From contig JAEEUA010000001.1 of assembly GCA_016286775.1 (NCBI GenBank), positions 105-64,104 of the forward strand: DNA of 64,000 nucleotides. The letters are read 5' to 3'. This DNA comes from Bacteroidales bacterium. GTDB lineage: Bacteria; Bacteroidota; Bacteroidia; Bacteroidales; UBA3663. This document shows, piece by piece, positions 1-10,390 of this stretch. A program made the position numbers and the translations under genes. The number at the start of each line of letters is the position of its first letter. The stretch's first letter is position 1. Below the pieces are notes generated by a model. The model was given only the letters and a program-made list of their open reading frames with translations. It was not told the origin of the DNA and ran no database searches.

Positions 1-2
1 AG

Positions 3-500
3 GTGGCTGCATGGAATATGCTTGCTTATACCGGCCAGCCGCTCAAGACTTTCGACAAGACCTTCCTGCGCGACATTCCACGTTCGACATTCGACAAGAC
101 CAAAATTGCGATGCCCGATCGTTTCGCCCGTCGTGCCGAACATTTCTACACAGAGTATCGTCGCGTCCGTCAGGGTGTTACGGCATGGGAGAGCGGCAAC
201 ATCAAGCTCTTCGGCAAACTCAGTTTCGATTCGTGCGAATCATCGATGAACAACTACGAATGTGGCAGTCCTGAACTGATTGCCATCTATCAGATCATGT
301 CCAAGCTGCCAGGTGTCTATGGCGGACGATTCTCGGGCGCTGGTTTCAAGGGTGCAGTCATTGCCTTGGTCGATCCTGCCTACAAGGAGAGCATCGAGAA
401 GTCGCTCACCGACCAGTATTTGGCCAAATTCCCCGAGTACCAAAGCCTCTTCTCTATCAACTGGGTCAAACCTGACGATGGCGCAAGGTTTGTAGAATAA
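3..500 (+). CDS. galK: Galactokinase, C-terminal part (5' end lies outside the window)
   Basis: The ORF is open at the window edge. The GHMP-kinase C-terminal motif GGRFSGAGFKGAVIALV and the RRAEHFYTEYRRV segment resemble galactokinase signature regions. Confidence 0.7.
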   Translation: MAAWNMLAYTGQPLKTFDKTFLRDIPRSTFDKTKIAMPDRFARRAEHFYTEYRRVRQGVTAWESGNIKLFGKLSFDSCESSMNNYECGSPELIAIYQIMSKLPGVYGGRFSGAGFKGAVIALVDPAYKESIEKSLTDQYLAKFPEYQSLFSINWVKPDDGARFVE

Positions 501-504
501 ACAT

Positions 505-1770
505 ATGGATTCAATATTGAAAAATATCAACAATTTACAAATATCACAACGAGGACTTGAGATGCCCTCTTCTCCGATACGTAAATTAGCCCCTTTGGCT
601 TATGCTGCTGAAGATCGTGGGATAAAGATTTATCGGCTAAACATCGGTCAACCAGATCTCCCATCTCCACCTACGGCAATTGAAGCACTGAAGCATATCG
701 ATAGGACTACACTTGAATACAGTCCTAGTCAGGGTTTCCTTTCTTTGCGCAAGAAACTTAGTGGTTATTACAAACGTTTCAATATAGACCTAACACCCGA
801 AGAAATCATAGTAACCAATGGTGGTTCAGAAGCCGTACTTTTTGCATTCCTCTCGTGTTTGAATCCTGGAGATGAAATCATTGTTCCAGAACCAGCATAT
901 GCAAATTATATGGCTTTTGCAGTTTCGGCAGGCGCTGTTATACGCACTGTTACAACTACAATTGATGAGGGTTTCTGTTTGCCTAAGGTTGAAAGGTTCG
1001 AGGAACTAATTAATGAGCGAACCAGGGCAATTCTTATTTGCAATCCAAATAACCCAACTGGTTATCTCTATAATCAGAAAGAGATGAATCAGATTCGTGA
1101 CCTTGTTTTGAAATATAATCTCTATTTGTTCTCAGATGAAGTTTATCGTGAATTCATTTATACAGGTAGTCCCTATATTTCAGCTATGCACTTAGAAGGG
1201 ATCGAGCAGAATGTAATACTTATTGATTCTGTTTCCAAGCGTTATTCTGAATGCGGAATTCGAATAGGAGCATTAGCGACCAAGAATGCTGAAGTCCGCA
1301 AGATTGTAATGAAGTTCTGCCAGGCTCGTCTATCACCCCCACTTATTGGCCAAATTATCGCAGAAGCTTCAATTGATGAAACAGAAGAATATGCACGTGA
1401 AGTATATGATGAATATATGGAACGCAGAAAATGTTTGATAGATGGAGTGAATAAGATTCCTGGTTGTTATACTCCTATCCCAATGGGTGCATTTTATACT
1501 GTTGCTAAGTTGCCAGTTGATGATTCTGAAAAGTTCTGTTCTTGGTGTCTAAGCGATTTCGTTTGGAGAGATGAATTAACACCCTATGGCTCTGAAGGAG
1601 AAACAATCATGATGGCACCAGCTGCTGGTTTTTATACAAATACTAATTTGGGGCGTAATGAAGTTCGTTTGGCCTACGTGTTGAACAAGAAGGACTTAAA
1701 GAGAGCTTTATATTTATTAGAGATTGCTCTTGAGAAATATAATCATATCGATAAATCTGGAAATTTATGA
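505..1770 (+). CDS. PLP-dependent aminotransferase, class I/II fold
   Basis: 421 aa starting at ATG 505. The [16 protein letters not shown] segment is a typical SK-x-G-x-R PLP-lysine region, and NPNNPTG is the conserved class-I motif. Confidence 0.75.
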   Translation: MDSILKNINNLQISQRGLEMPSSPIRKLAPLAYAAEDRGIKIYRLNIGQPDLPSPPTAIEALKHIDRTTLEYSPSQGFLSLRKKLSGYYKRFNIDLTPEEIIVTNGGSEAVLFAFLSCLNPGDEIIVPEPAYANYMAFAVSAGAVIRTVTTTIDEGFCLPKVERFEELINERTRAILICNPNNPTGYLYNQKEMNQIRDLVLKYNLYLFSDEVYREFIYTGSPYISAMHLEGIEQNVILIDSVSKRYSECGIRIGALATKNAEVRKIVMKFCQARLSPPLIGQIIAEASIDETEEYAREVYDEYMERRKCLIDGVNKIPGCYTPIPMGAFYTVAKLPVDDSEKFCSWCLSDFVWRDELTPYGSEGETIMMAPAAGFYTNTNLGRNEVRLAYVLNKKDLKRALYLLEIALEKYNHIDKSGNL

Positions 1771-2681
1771 AAGGTATAGTTTTAGCAGGAGGTAGTGGTA
1801 CGCGCCTCTATCCGATAACTAAAGGCATCAGCAAACAGCTGATACCGATTTATGATAAGCCAATGGTGTATTATCCTATTTCTGCATTGATGTTGGCAGG
1901 GATTCGTGAGATACTGGTCATCTCGACGCCATACGATTTGCCTGGCTTTAAGAGACTCTTGGGTGATGGATCAGACTATGGTGTACATTTTGAGTATGCT
2001 GAGCAGCCATCTCCCGATGGATTGGCTCAAGCATTCATCATCGGAGAGAAGTTCATCGGGGATGATTGTGCTTGCTTGGTGTTGGGTGACAACATCTTTT
2101 ATGGAAGTGGCTTCACAGGACTGCTGCGTCGTGCTGTGAAAGATGCTGAAGAGAATCAGAAGGCGACAGTCTTTGGATATTGGGTAAGCGATCCTGAGCG
2201 TTATGGAGTGGCTGAGTTTGACAAGCAGGGCAATTGTTTGAGCATTGAAGAGAAACCTAAAGAGCCCAAGAGCAATTATGCTGTGGTGGGTCTATATTTT
2301 TATCCCAATAAGGTAGTAGATGTCGCCAAGAACATCAAACCCTCTGCCCGAGGAGAACTTGAAATTACTACAGTGAACCAAAGGTTCCTCGAAGATGGAG
2401 AACTGAAAGTACAGGTCTTTGGACGAGGATTTGCTTGGCTTGATACTGGAACTCATGACAGTCTTGCAGAGGCTAGCACATTTGTTGAGGTCATTGAGAA
2501 ACGTCAAGGTCTTAAAGTTGCTTGTCTCGAAGGTATTGCTTATCGCAATGGATGGATCAGCGAAGAGAAGATGCGAGATCTTGCCAAGCTTATGCTAAAA
2601 AATCAATATGGTCAATATCTGCTCAAGGTTATTAACGAAATGAAAGAAGAAATCAATTCCCGAACATTAGATCAAGATTAA
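1767..2681 (+). CDS. rfbA: Glucose-1-phosphate thymidylyltransferase
   Basis: The N-terminus [37 protein letters not shown] is the canonical RmlA signature. ATGA overlap with the upstream gene. Confidence 0.9.
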   Translation: MKGIVLAGGSGTRLYPITKGISKQLIPIYDKPMVYYPISALMLAGIREILVISTPYDLPGFKRLLGDGSDYGVHFEYAEQPSPDGLAQAFIIGEKFIGDDCACLVLGDNIFYGSGFTGLLRRAVKDAEENQKATVFGYWVSDPERYGVAEFDKQGNCLSIEEKPKEPKSNYAVVGLYFYPNKVVDVAKNIKPSARGELEITTVNQRFLEDGELKVQVFGRGFAWLDTGTHDSLAEASTFVEVIEKRQGLKVACLEGIAYRNGWISEEKMRDLAKLMLKNQYGQYLLKVINEMKEEINSRTLDQD

Positions 2682-2682
2682 A

Positions 2683-3273
2683 ATGGAAGTTATCAAAACA
2701 AATATAGAAGGAGTACTTATAATTGAACCAAAGGTCTTCAAAGATGCTCGTGGCTATTTCTTTGAAAGCTTCAATTCAAAGGAGTTTGCAGAGAAAACAG
2801 GGCTGAATATCAATTTTGTTCAGGATAATGAGAGTATGTCTTCGTATGGTGTAATGCGAGGACTGCATTTTCAGCAACCGCCTTTTACTCAAAGTAAATT
2901 AGTGAGAGTTGTTAAAGGCAAGGTTCTTGATGTTGCAGTTGACATTCGTAAAGGATCCCCTACCTATGGACAACACGTGGCCGTTGAACTCACAGAAGAT
3001 AATCATCGCCAGTTCTTTGTGCCAAGAGGGTTTGCTCATGGTTTTGCAGTCCTTTCAGAAACAGCTGTATTTCAGTATAAGTGCGACAATTTCTATGCTC
3101 CTCAAGCTGATGGAGGCATTAGTATCAAAGACGACTCTTTGGGTATCGATTGGCGGATTCCGTTAGATAAGGCCTTACTTTCTGAAAAAGACACCAGGCA
3201 TGAATGTCTTAAGGTTTTTGATTCTCCCTTTTCGTTTGATATGGATTTCTATCCTAAAACTAATGGTATGTAG
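2683..3273 (+). CDS. rfbC: dTDP-4-dehydrorhamnose 3,5-epimerase
   Basis: Motifs DARGYFFESF, RGLHFQ and PRGFAHGF are typical of the RmlC cupin. It starts 2 nt after rfbA. Confidence 0.9.
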   Translation: MEVIKTNIEGVLIIEPKVFKDARGYFFESFNSKEFAEKTGLNINFVQDNESMSSYGVMRGLHFQQPPFTQSKLVRVVKGKVLDVAVDIRKGSPTYGQHVAVELTEDNHRQFFVPRGFAHGFAVLSETAVFQYKCDNFYAPQADGGISIKDDSLGIDWRIPLDKALLSEKDTRHECLKVFDSPFSFDMDFYPKTNGM

Positions 3274-3328
3274 TGAAATGTTAATTCCATATTTGGATTA
3301 ATTAGTTTGTTTAATTGTATTATAATTT

Positions 3329-3871
3329 ATGATTAAATCTAAACAAGATTATCTAGAATATTTGAATACTGATATGATAGTAAATCATGTAGAAAAATTT
3401 TCTACAAGAATAACTTCTTATAGGTGGAAATATATTAAGTCTATGAGAAAAGTAGAATATCTAACAAATTGTAAATCTAATAATATTGTAGGAAAAATCA
3501 GATTAAAGATTGCAAGATATTTTTTGAAACGAATATCAGTGCTTACAGGTATTTCTATTCCTCCCAACACTTTTGGTAAAGGTTTGTTCATCCCTCATTA
3601 TGGCTCAATTGTTGTAAATGGCTCTGCAAGGTTTGGTGATTATTGTATTATCCAAAATGGAGTTAACGTATCTGAAGGTGTTATTGGTGGAGATTATTTG
3701 TTCTTAGGCGCAGGTTGCAAAATATTAATTGGAGTTAATATTCCAAATTATTGTATTGTTGGAGCTAATGCAGTTGTTACAAAAAGTGTGGAAGAAGAGA
3801 ATGTAGTCTTGGGCGGAATTCCTGCAAAGATCATTTCTAGAAAAGGCACAAAAAACAGAGATAGGATTTAG
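3329..3871 (+). CDS. Hexapeptide-repeat (left-handed beta-helix) O-acetyltransferase
   Basis: The C-terminal half has imperfect hexapeptide repeats (GAGCKILIGVNIPNYCIVGANAVVTKSV...GGIPAKII), like WcaB/serine-acetyltransferase-type CPS acetyltransferases. Confidence 0.65.
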   Translation: MIKSKQDYLEYLNTDMIVNHVEKFSTRITSYRWKYIKSMRKVEYLTNCKSNNIVGKIRLKIARYFLKRISVLTGISIPPNTFGKGLFIPHYGSIVVNGSARFGDYCIIQNGVNVSEGVIGGDYLFLGAGCKILIGVNIPNYCIVGANAVVTKSVEEENVVLGGIPAKIISRKGTKNRDRI

Positions 3872-3914
3872 ATTGTTTTAGATTATAAATAAAGACCATA
3901 TTATTCCAAATATT

Positions 3915-4439
3915 ATGAGAATTTATTTGAGACCCGTTAATGAAAATGATAGTGATAATATTGTGAAATGGCGCAATTCTGACAAAGTGAGAAATCATTG
4001 TATGACCAAAACCCTCATTACAAAGGAATCTCATTTATCATTTTATAGGACCAATGTCCTCACGGGTAAATATAAACAATTTATCGTAGAGCGTGTAGAT
4101 GAAGAATTTGGACTTGCTTCCTATCCAATTGCAACTGTTTATCTAAAAGATATTGACGACGAAAATAAGCGTTGTGAGTTATGCTTATTCACCAGCGATG
4201 ATATTGAATGGGGTGCTGATGGTCAAAAGATAGCTATTAAGATGATGCTTGATAAGGCTTTTATTGACTATGGTATGCACAAGGTATACTCTTATGTTTT
4301 TCCTAAATTTGCAGACGAAGTTAATCTATTATTAGGTGCAGGATTTGCCATCGAAGCTGTACTGAAAGAAGAGTCTTTTTCAGATAATGCATGGGAAGAT
4401 GTTGTTCGATTAGCAGCAATTAATAACAATGCAAACTAA
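3915..4439 (+). CDS. GNAT-family N-acetyltransferase (PseH/aminosugar N-acetyltransferase-like)
   Basis: The N-terminus LRPVNENDSDNIVKWRNSDKVRNH matches the RP-x-E-x-D-x3-W-R-N pattern of aminosugar GNATs. 174 aa. Confidence 0.6.
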   Translation: MRIYLRPVNENDSDNIVKWRNSDKVRNHCMTKTLITKESHLSFYRTNVLTGKYKQFIVERVDEEFGLASYPIATVYLKDIDDENKRCELCLFTSDDIEWGADGQKIAIKMMLDKAFIDYGMHKVYSYVFPKFADEVNLLLGAGFAIEAVLKEESFSDNAWEDVVRLAAINNNAN

Positions 4440-4441
4440 AC

Positions 4442-5512
4442 ATGGAAATTAGTAGAGATGAATCTGCCATCATGAAAGGACTTGCTATATTATTTATAGC
4501 ATTACATAATTTCTATCATCTCGAGCTATTTGGTTTTATACAAGAAAATGAAACATTGTTTGACATACGCAGGTCTCAAGAAATCTTTTCTTATCTTTTG
4601 AATCCTGATGGATATTTCCTTTGCCATTTTTTTTCCTTTATTGGGTGGTGCGGTGTGCCCATTTTCGTTTTTTTGTCCGGATATGGATTGGTAAAGAAAT
4701 ACGAAAAAGGTCCTGCTTTTATTGAAAGGAAGGTATTTCTTAAGTATAATTACTTAAAATTATTTTTTCTTGTGCTCCCTGGGGCTCTATTCTTTATTTT
4801 CATACAGTTATCTCAAGGGAATTGGTTGCGAGCTGGTTTTAGTTTATTTTCATTAACATTTACCAATCCATTATTTGGTTGCTTCAAGAGCCTACCTTCA
4901 GCTGCACCTCCGTATTGGTATTTTTCTTTGACGTTTCAATTATACCTTATTTATTTATTGTTAAATAGAGTCCGCTATAACAGGTTGCTTTATTATTTGT
5001 TCCTCTTTTTTCTGTTATTATATTTAGTATTGAATCCCAATCACGGGATTGATCCGCGATGGTTGCGATATATTCGTTTAAACTCATTTGGTTGGTTACC
5101 AGTATTCATAACTGGAATCCTGTTCGCTAGAAATGCAGGAAGAATGATATCATTATCGACAAATAATTTAATCTTGATAAGTGTAGCTATTTCTTCTTTC
5201 TTTATCTTGTTTCTGACGAATCTCAATTATTATTCTTGGGTGTTGATGCCTTTTGTTTCAGTCGTGTTTTTCCTGAGTATAGGTATTATCATTAATAAGA
5301 TTAAAGTCCTTAGAATAGCAGGCGTTTATTTGGGAAAGTTATCTCCCTATATATTTGTTGGCCATCCCATCTCGATTTATTTTATGCAACTTCTCCTTAA
5401 TTCTATTTGTTTTCAAAAGATGGACACACCCTTTCTTGCATTCACTTATGGATGTCTTTATATGACAATTTGTTTATTCATTTCTCATTTATTTAAGAAA
5501 ATTAGTTCCTAA
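4442..5512 (+). CDS. Integral-membrane acyltransferase (acyltransferase-3 family)
   Basis: 356 aa with about 10 hydrophobic segments. The N-terminal MKGLAILFIALHNFYH resembles the conserved His-containing start of acyltransferase_3 proteins. Confidence 0.65.
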   Translation: MEISRDESAIMKGLAILFIALHNFYHLELFGFIQENETLFDIRRSQEIFSYLLNPDGYFLCHFFSFIGWCGVPIFVFLSGYGLVKKYEKGPAFIERKVFLKYNYLKLFFLVLPGALFFIFIQLSQGNWLRAGFSLFSLTFTNPLFGCFKSLPSAAPPYWYFSLTFQLYLIYLLLNRVRYNRLLYYLFLFFLLLYLVLNPNHGIDPRWLRYIRLNSFGWLPVFITGILFARNAGRMISLSTNNLILISVAISSFFILFLTNLNYYSWVLMPFVSVVFFLSIGIIINKIKVLRIAGVYLGKLSPYIFVGHPISIYFMQLLLNSICFQKMDTPFLAFTYGCLYMTICLFISHLFKKISS

Positions 5513-5528
5513 TCATTTTTATTATATA

Positions 5529-6548
5529 ATGAAGAATCATTTTACCTATAATTACGTACTATTCAATAGTCAAGATGGTTCGACCTGGAAAGATTTCCCG
5601 GATGGTTATTATAATATCTGTGTTGAAGAATTAAAGAAACAAGAAGGTGTTAGTGTGGTAACTGCGCCTCTTTGTCATTGCCCTACATGGGTAAGGTATC
5701 TGTTTTCGGTCCATTCTTCACCGGCTCTTGCCAAAAAGATACATCTGCCTTTTAAGAACATTTGGTTTCCTTATTATTTTCATAATGATTTTAAAGAAAA
5801 GAAACCTCTTTGCTTCATTCTTCTCAATCACCATATTCCACTTCCCTATCTGGATTATCTTAAATTGAAATATCCGGATTGTAAGATTGTCTTGATGCAT
5901 AGGGATTTGCTTAAAGTTTGCCAGCGAAATGCCCCCGAATTACTTGACAATAATAATATTGACCTTGAAATGACTTTTGACAAAGGTGAATCTCAAAAAT
6001 ATGGTTTCCCTCACTTCAATGAATTCGAATCAAAGGTGGATATCAAGGTATTGGCAACCCCAGAGAGTGATGTATATTTTGCGGGAAGGGGAAAGGATCG
6101 TCTGCCTATTTTGCTAGATATCTATCATAAGATGTCTTCATTTGGTTTGCAATGTAAGTACTTTTTGACTGGGGTTCCCAAAGAACAACAAGTTGATCTG
6201 CCTGGGGTTGAATATGCCAATCGCTTTATGACTTATCGGGAAATGCTTTATCATACGGTAAATTCTCGTTATGTGTTGGAGATTAACCAGGGTGGCGCTG
6301 ATGGATATACTTCACGCTTTCTTGAAGCTGTAATGTATAACAAAAAGTTAATTACAAACAATTCATATATTAAAAATTCAAAATTCTATAATCCTCGATA
6401 TATACATATTATAAATTCAGCTGAGGATTTGCAGAAGGAGTTTTTTATTGATCAATCTCAAGCTGATTATCATTATAACGATGAATTTTCCCCTATGCGC
6501 ATGATTGAGCGTGTAAATGAGGAACTTGTCAAGAAATATGGAGGATAA
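5529..6548 (+). CDS. Uncharacterised CPS-locus protein (possible GT-B-like transferase)
   Basis: 339-aa ORF with no membrane segments. I recognise no family. The C-terminal half (DVYFAGRGKDRLPIL...GYTSRFLEAVMYNKKLITNN) only loosely resembles a GT-B C-terminal domain. Confidence 0.5.
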   Translation: MKNHFTYNYVLFNSQDGSTWKDFPDGYYNICVEELKKQEGVSVVTAPLCHCPTWVRYLFSVHSSPALAKKIHLPFKNIWFPYYFHNDFKEKKPLCFILLNHHIPLPYLDYLKLKYPDCKIVLMHRDLLKVCQRNAPELLDNNNIDLEMTFDKGESQKYGFPHFNEFESKVDIKVLATPESDVYFAGRGKDRLPILLDIYHKMSSFGLQCKYFLTGVPKEQQVDLPGVEYANRFMTYREMLYHTVNSRYVLEINQGGADGYTSRFLEAVMYNKKLITNNSYIKNSKFYNPRYIHIINSAEDLQKEFFIDQSQADYHYNDEFSPMRMIERVNEELVKKYGG

Positions 6549-7992
6549 AAATATCAGCAATAAGACAATAGTCAGTAGCCTTTGGTGGAAACTATTAGAG
6601 CGTTTGTTCTCGCAGGGTATTAACCTTGTGGTTCAAATCGTTTTGGCACGTATCCTTCTGCCAGAGGATTTCGGATGCTTGGCTATTATTGTAGCAATCA
6701 CAAACTACGCTGCGATTTTTGTGCAGTCTGGACTTGCGACGGCATTGATTCAAAAAAAGAATCTTGATGAAAAAGATGTTTCTACAATGCTTACAGCAAG
6801 CCTTACGGTAGCGTTGTTCTTATATGTTCTATTGTTTGTGTTGTCCCCCTGGATTGCTCAAGCCTATAATCTCACAGAAATACTCTGGCCATTACGCATA
6901 CAGGCTCTCGTGTTATTCTTGAATGCAATATTCTCTGTTCAGACTGCCATCTTATCTAGGAATATGGATTTCAAGTCCATTTTCATTCGAACAGCATTGG
7001 CTGTCCCCATTTCAGGAACTGTAGGTATTGTTATGGCATTTCTTGGATTCGGTGTATGGGCATTGGTTGCTCACAATCTTGTTCATACTACAGTGATGGT
7101 CTTGGTAATGTTTTTTGGAACGGATATGCATCTTCGTTTAGATTTTTCTTTGGATAGAGCGAAATCTATGTATTCTTTTAGTAGTAAAATTATGTTATCT
7201 GCTCTTATTTGCGGGTTCGGAGATACAGTTCGTACTATGACAATCGGAAAAACATATACTACCAGCAATTTGGCCTATTATGATAAGGCATATTCTTATT
7301 CTCAATATGTAGTAAGCATCATTCACTTGTCCATACAAAGTGTGATGCTATCTGTTCTTGCCCGGCAGCAAGATGATAAAAAACTATTATGCGCTACCAA
7401 TCGTAAAACCGTGCAAATGGTGTCGTTTGTAATGTTCCCCTTTCTTATTGGGGCGATCATGACTGCAAAACCTTTGATTCTGCTACTTCTTACTGAAAAA
7501 TGGTCACCTTGCATTGGTTTTTTTATGTTGTTTTGTTTTTTTCGTCTTATTGGTTGTGTCACATCTGTTGATAAGCAAGCCTATTATGCTTTAGGACGCA
7601 GCGACGTCACCCTTTATTATGAGATGGGGTTACTATTTGCAAATTTAATAATGCTATTTTCAACAGTTAAAATCAATATATGGGCAATTGCTATTGGCGC
7701 AACTATTATTGAATTTTTTGGTTGTCTAACTTTGTGTGTTATTAGTAGTCGAATATATGGCTATTCATTGTTGAATCGGTTGTCAGACTTCAGCAAACCT
7801 TTGTTGAATTCTATTGTTATGGCATTTGCCCTTTGGGGCTTGTCCTTTTTAAGTATGAGTAATTTGAATACTCTTATTTTTCAAATAGCAGTAGGTATAG
7901 CCATCTACTATATAATGGCACGTATTTCAGATAATAAAAATCTTAAATTGTTTGTTAAGATTATAAGTAAAAAACATACTAATAAATTTTAA
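6538..7992 (+). CDS. wzx: Wzx-type polysaccharide flippase (MOP/PST family)
   Basis: About 12-14 TM segments. The N-terminus SSLWWKLLERLFSQGINLVVQIVLARILLPEDFG is typical of polysaccharide biosynthesis flippases. ATG 6538 is preferred, but ATG 6517 is also possible. Confidence 0.75.
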   Translation: MEDKNISNKTIVSSLWWKLLERLFSQGINLVVQIVLARILLPEDFGCLAIIVAITNYAAIFVQSGLATALIQKKNLDEKDVSTMLTASLTVALFLYVLLFVLSPWIAQAYNLTEILWPLRIQALVLFLNAIFSVQTAILSRNMDFKSIFIRTALAVPISGTVGIVMAFLGFGVWALVAHNLVHTTVMVLVMFFGTDMHLRLDFSLDRAKSMYSFSSKIMLSALICGFGDTVRTMTIGKTYTTSNLAYYDKAYSYSQYVVSIIHLSIQSVMLSVLARQQDDKKLLCATNRKTVQMVSFVMFPFLIGAIMTAKPLILLLLTEKWSPCIGFFMLFCFFRLIGCVTSVDKQAYYALGRSDVTLYYEMGLLFANLIMLFSTVKINIWAIAIGATIIEFFGCLTLCVISSRIYGYSLLNRLSDFSKPLLNSIVMAFALWGLSFLSMSNLNTLIFQIAVGIAIYYIMARISDNKNLKLFVKIISKKHTNKF

Positions 7993-7997
7993 TTATT

Positions 7998-9128
7998 ATG
8001 ATTAATGTTTATCAACCCACATTGGGTAAAGAAGAGCTGATGGCTCTTGAAAAGGTTTTCGAGTCTAATTGGCTTGGTAAGGGCAAACGTGTTGCCGAGT
8101 TTGAAGAAAAGTATGCTGAACACATTAGGAGTTCGAAAGACTTGGTATTGACAACTAACTGTTGCAGTGAAGGTTTATTTTCATCGATGCATCTGTTAGA
8201 CATTCAACCTGGTGATGAAGTGATTCTTCCAACCATTAGTTTTATCGGTGCTGGTAATGCTGTGTGTGCATGTGGTGCCAAAATGGTACTTTGTGATGTC
8301 GATCCTCATACCTTGAATGCACGTGCCGAGGATATCGAGAAAGTAATAACCCCGAAGACTAAGGCTTTGCTTCTTCTTCACTATGGCGGTATTCCCTGTG
8401 AAATGGATGAAATTATGGCACTGTGTAAGAAGTACAATATCAAACTTATCGAGGATGCTGCTGCAGGCGTTTGCTCATTCTATAAAGGCAAGGCCGTTGG
8501 TACATTTGGAGAAATGGGTATGTGGTCGTTCGATGCTATGAAGATTTTGGTTTGTGGCGATGGTGCCATGCTTCATTTCAATACACCAGAATTGCGTCGT
8601 AAGGCTGATCGCTGGTTGTACTTCGGACTTGAAACCAAGAGCGGCTACGAGAACAGTGTAGCACAAAAGTGGTGGGAATTTGATATTTCCAGCTTTGGCC
8701 ATCGCGCTATCATGAACGATATTACTGCAGCTATGGCACTTGAGCAGTTGAAGAAGCTACCAATGTACATGGAAAAGCGTGCTTTTGTACATAATTTTTA
8801 CAATGAACACTTGAAACAATTCTCATGGATTGAATTGCCCCCTGTCCTTCCCGATTACGTAGAAACATCATATTATTTCTACCACATTCAGGTTAATAAT
8901 GGCAAGCGTGATCAATTCGCCAAGTATCTGCGTGAGCATGGTGTTTATACGACCTATCGTTATTATCCTCTTCATAGGGTACCTGGTTATGGAGTAACTG
9001 GAAATTTCCCCAATGCTGACTATGCAGCAGACAACACCCTAAATTTGCCCATGCATCAAAGTTTGTCACAAGAGGATCTGAACTTAATTATTTGTGTAAT
9101 TAAGGAATTTGATCAGAAGTTCTGTTAG
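7998..9128 (+). CDS. DegT/DnrJ/EryC1/StrS-family sugar aminotransferase
   Basis: 376 aa with the family-typical start QPTLGKEELMALEKVFESNWLGKGKRVAEFEEKYA, plus the SFIGAGNA and SFDAMKIL regions (PLP lysine). Confidence 0.85.
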   Translation: MINVYQPTLGKEELMALEKVFESNWLGKGKRVAEFEEKYAEHIRSSKDLVLTTNCCSEGLFSSMHLLDIQPGDEVILPTISFIGAGNAVCACGAKMVLCDVDPHTLNARAEDIEKVITPKTKALLLLHYGGIPCEMDEIMALCKKYNIKLIEDAAAGVCSFYKGKAVGTFGEMGMWSFDAMKILVCGDGAMLHFNTPELRRKADRWLYFGLETKSGYENSVAQKWWEFDISSFGHRAIMNDITAAMALEQLKKLPMYMEKRAFVHNFYNEHLKQFSWIELPPVLPDYVETSYYFYHIQVNNGKRDQFAKYLREHGVYTTYRYYPLHRVPGYGVTGNFPNADYAADNTLNLPMHQSLSQEDLNLIICVIKEFDQKFC

Positions 9129-9142
9129 TTATACACAAAAAT

Positions 9143-9210
9143 GGAACGCAGGAAAAAGAATTAGCATAAGTTATCTTATACTCTTTTTCCCGCGTGTTAT
9201 ATTTTTCTTT
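9143..9210 (+). terminator. Possible internal hairpin/attenuator between the aminotransferase and polymerase genes
   Basis: ACGCAGGAAAAAGA at 9146-9159 pairs with TCTTTTTCCCGCGT at 9182-9195 (one mismatch, 22-nt loop). A T-rich run follows. Confidence 0.3.
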
Positions 9211-9286
9211 GTATATCTTTTGATTATTTGAGATTTAATTATGGAATATTCAAAAGATTTAATTAGGTCATGTATTATATTATTTT

Positions 9287-10387
9287 ATGATTCTACTTGT
9301 TTTTTTATTATTATTCATAATATTTCTTGGATATTTTAATACAAAAAGTGTTATTGTCAATATTTTGTTATGCAGTATTGTTTGTATTCTTTTTGCTTAT
9401 AGTCAAGATGATCAGGATTGGCATGTATATCAAAAATATTATGAAGGAAATATTCAAGAATCGTATGAGTTAGGTTTTGCATGGCTTAATCAACTTTCCT
9501 ACAATTTCGGACTTACCTATTTAGAGTTTAGATTATTTATTGGTGTCCTCTTTTGTAGTGTATTATTTTTCATCATTAGAAAATTGACGAAGCATACAAA
9601 TGTGGTATGGAGTACTTATCTTATTTACTCTGCGATGTTCGATGCATGTATTCTTCGCAATTCCTTATCAATGTTATTTGCTATTCCTGGTATTTTATTT
9701 TTAATTCAATCCAAAAGGAGCCGCGATTTTTTTGCCCCTTTGATCTGTTTCGTTATCGCAGCTTTAATTCATAATTCATTTTGGTTTTTCTTAATCTTTA
9801 TTCCATTTTGGCTCATTATTCAGTCCAAGAACGGAATAGCAAAAGTATGTGTGTTTTCAATTGTACTTTATTTCATATGCGTAATTAATACTTCTTTCTT
9901 ATTTGACCTATTTGGGAAATTAATCGTTCGAGAAGGTGTCATAGATAAGTATGAAACGGGCCGATATGCAAATTTTAATGGTGCCGTCTATAATCTATTA
10001 AAATATTTATTTTATATATCTCCCATTCTTTACTATAAGTATTTTAATACTCATTCTCAAAATTATTTGCCTTCAAATCGTTTGGAAGCACTTCTCAATA
10101 AACATATTTTAGATATTAATATCCTTTTTATCGTTTTGTTGGTTCCTCAATTTTTCGCAATTACGTTCAGCCGTTTCTTCCGAATACTATGCTTATTTAA
10201 TTATTTATTTCTTGCAAATCAAGTTAATGTTTCAAGTCAAAAGAGATTGCCTAAAGTTATCAGTTTGATATATGCGACAGTATTATTATTTTTAATAATT
10301 TTTTGGGAGTCTCCGGGAACGTTTGAAGGCGTGTTCCTTATGCATTTTGAAACGAATTCTGTGTTTGAAATAATAAAGAATATTTGA
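9287..10387 (+). CDS. EpsG/Wzy-like O-antigen/CPS polymerase
   Basis: 366 aa, extremely AT-rich, with at least 10 TM segments. Position beside wzx is typical. The assignment rests on topology and context only. Confidence 0.55.
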   Translation: MILLVFLLLFIIFLGYFNTKSVIVNILLCSIVCILFAYSQDDQDWHVYQKYYEGNIQESYELGFAWLNQLSYNFGLTYLEFRLFIGVLFCSVLFFIIRKLTKHTNVVWSTYLIYSAMFDACILRNSLSMLFAIPGILFLIQSKRSRDFFAPLICFVIAALIHNSFWFFLIFIPFWLIIQSKNGIAKVCVFSIVLYFICVINTSFLFDLFGKLIVREGVIDKYETGRYANFNGAVYNLLKYLFYISPILYYKYFNTHSQNYLPSNRLEALLNKHILDINILFIVLLVPQFFAITFSRFFRILCLFNYLFLANQVNVSSQKRLPKVISLIYATVLLFLIIFWESPGTFEGVFLMHFETNSVFEIIKNI

Positions 10388-10390
10388 TTT

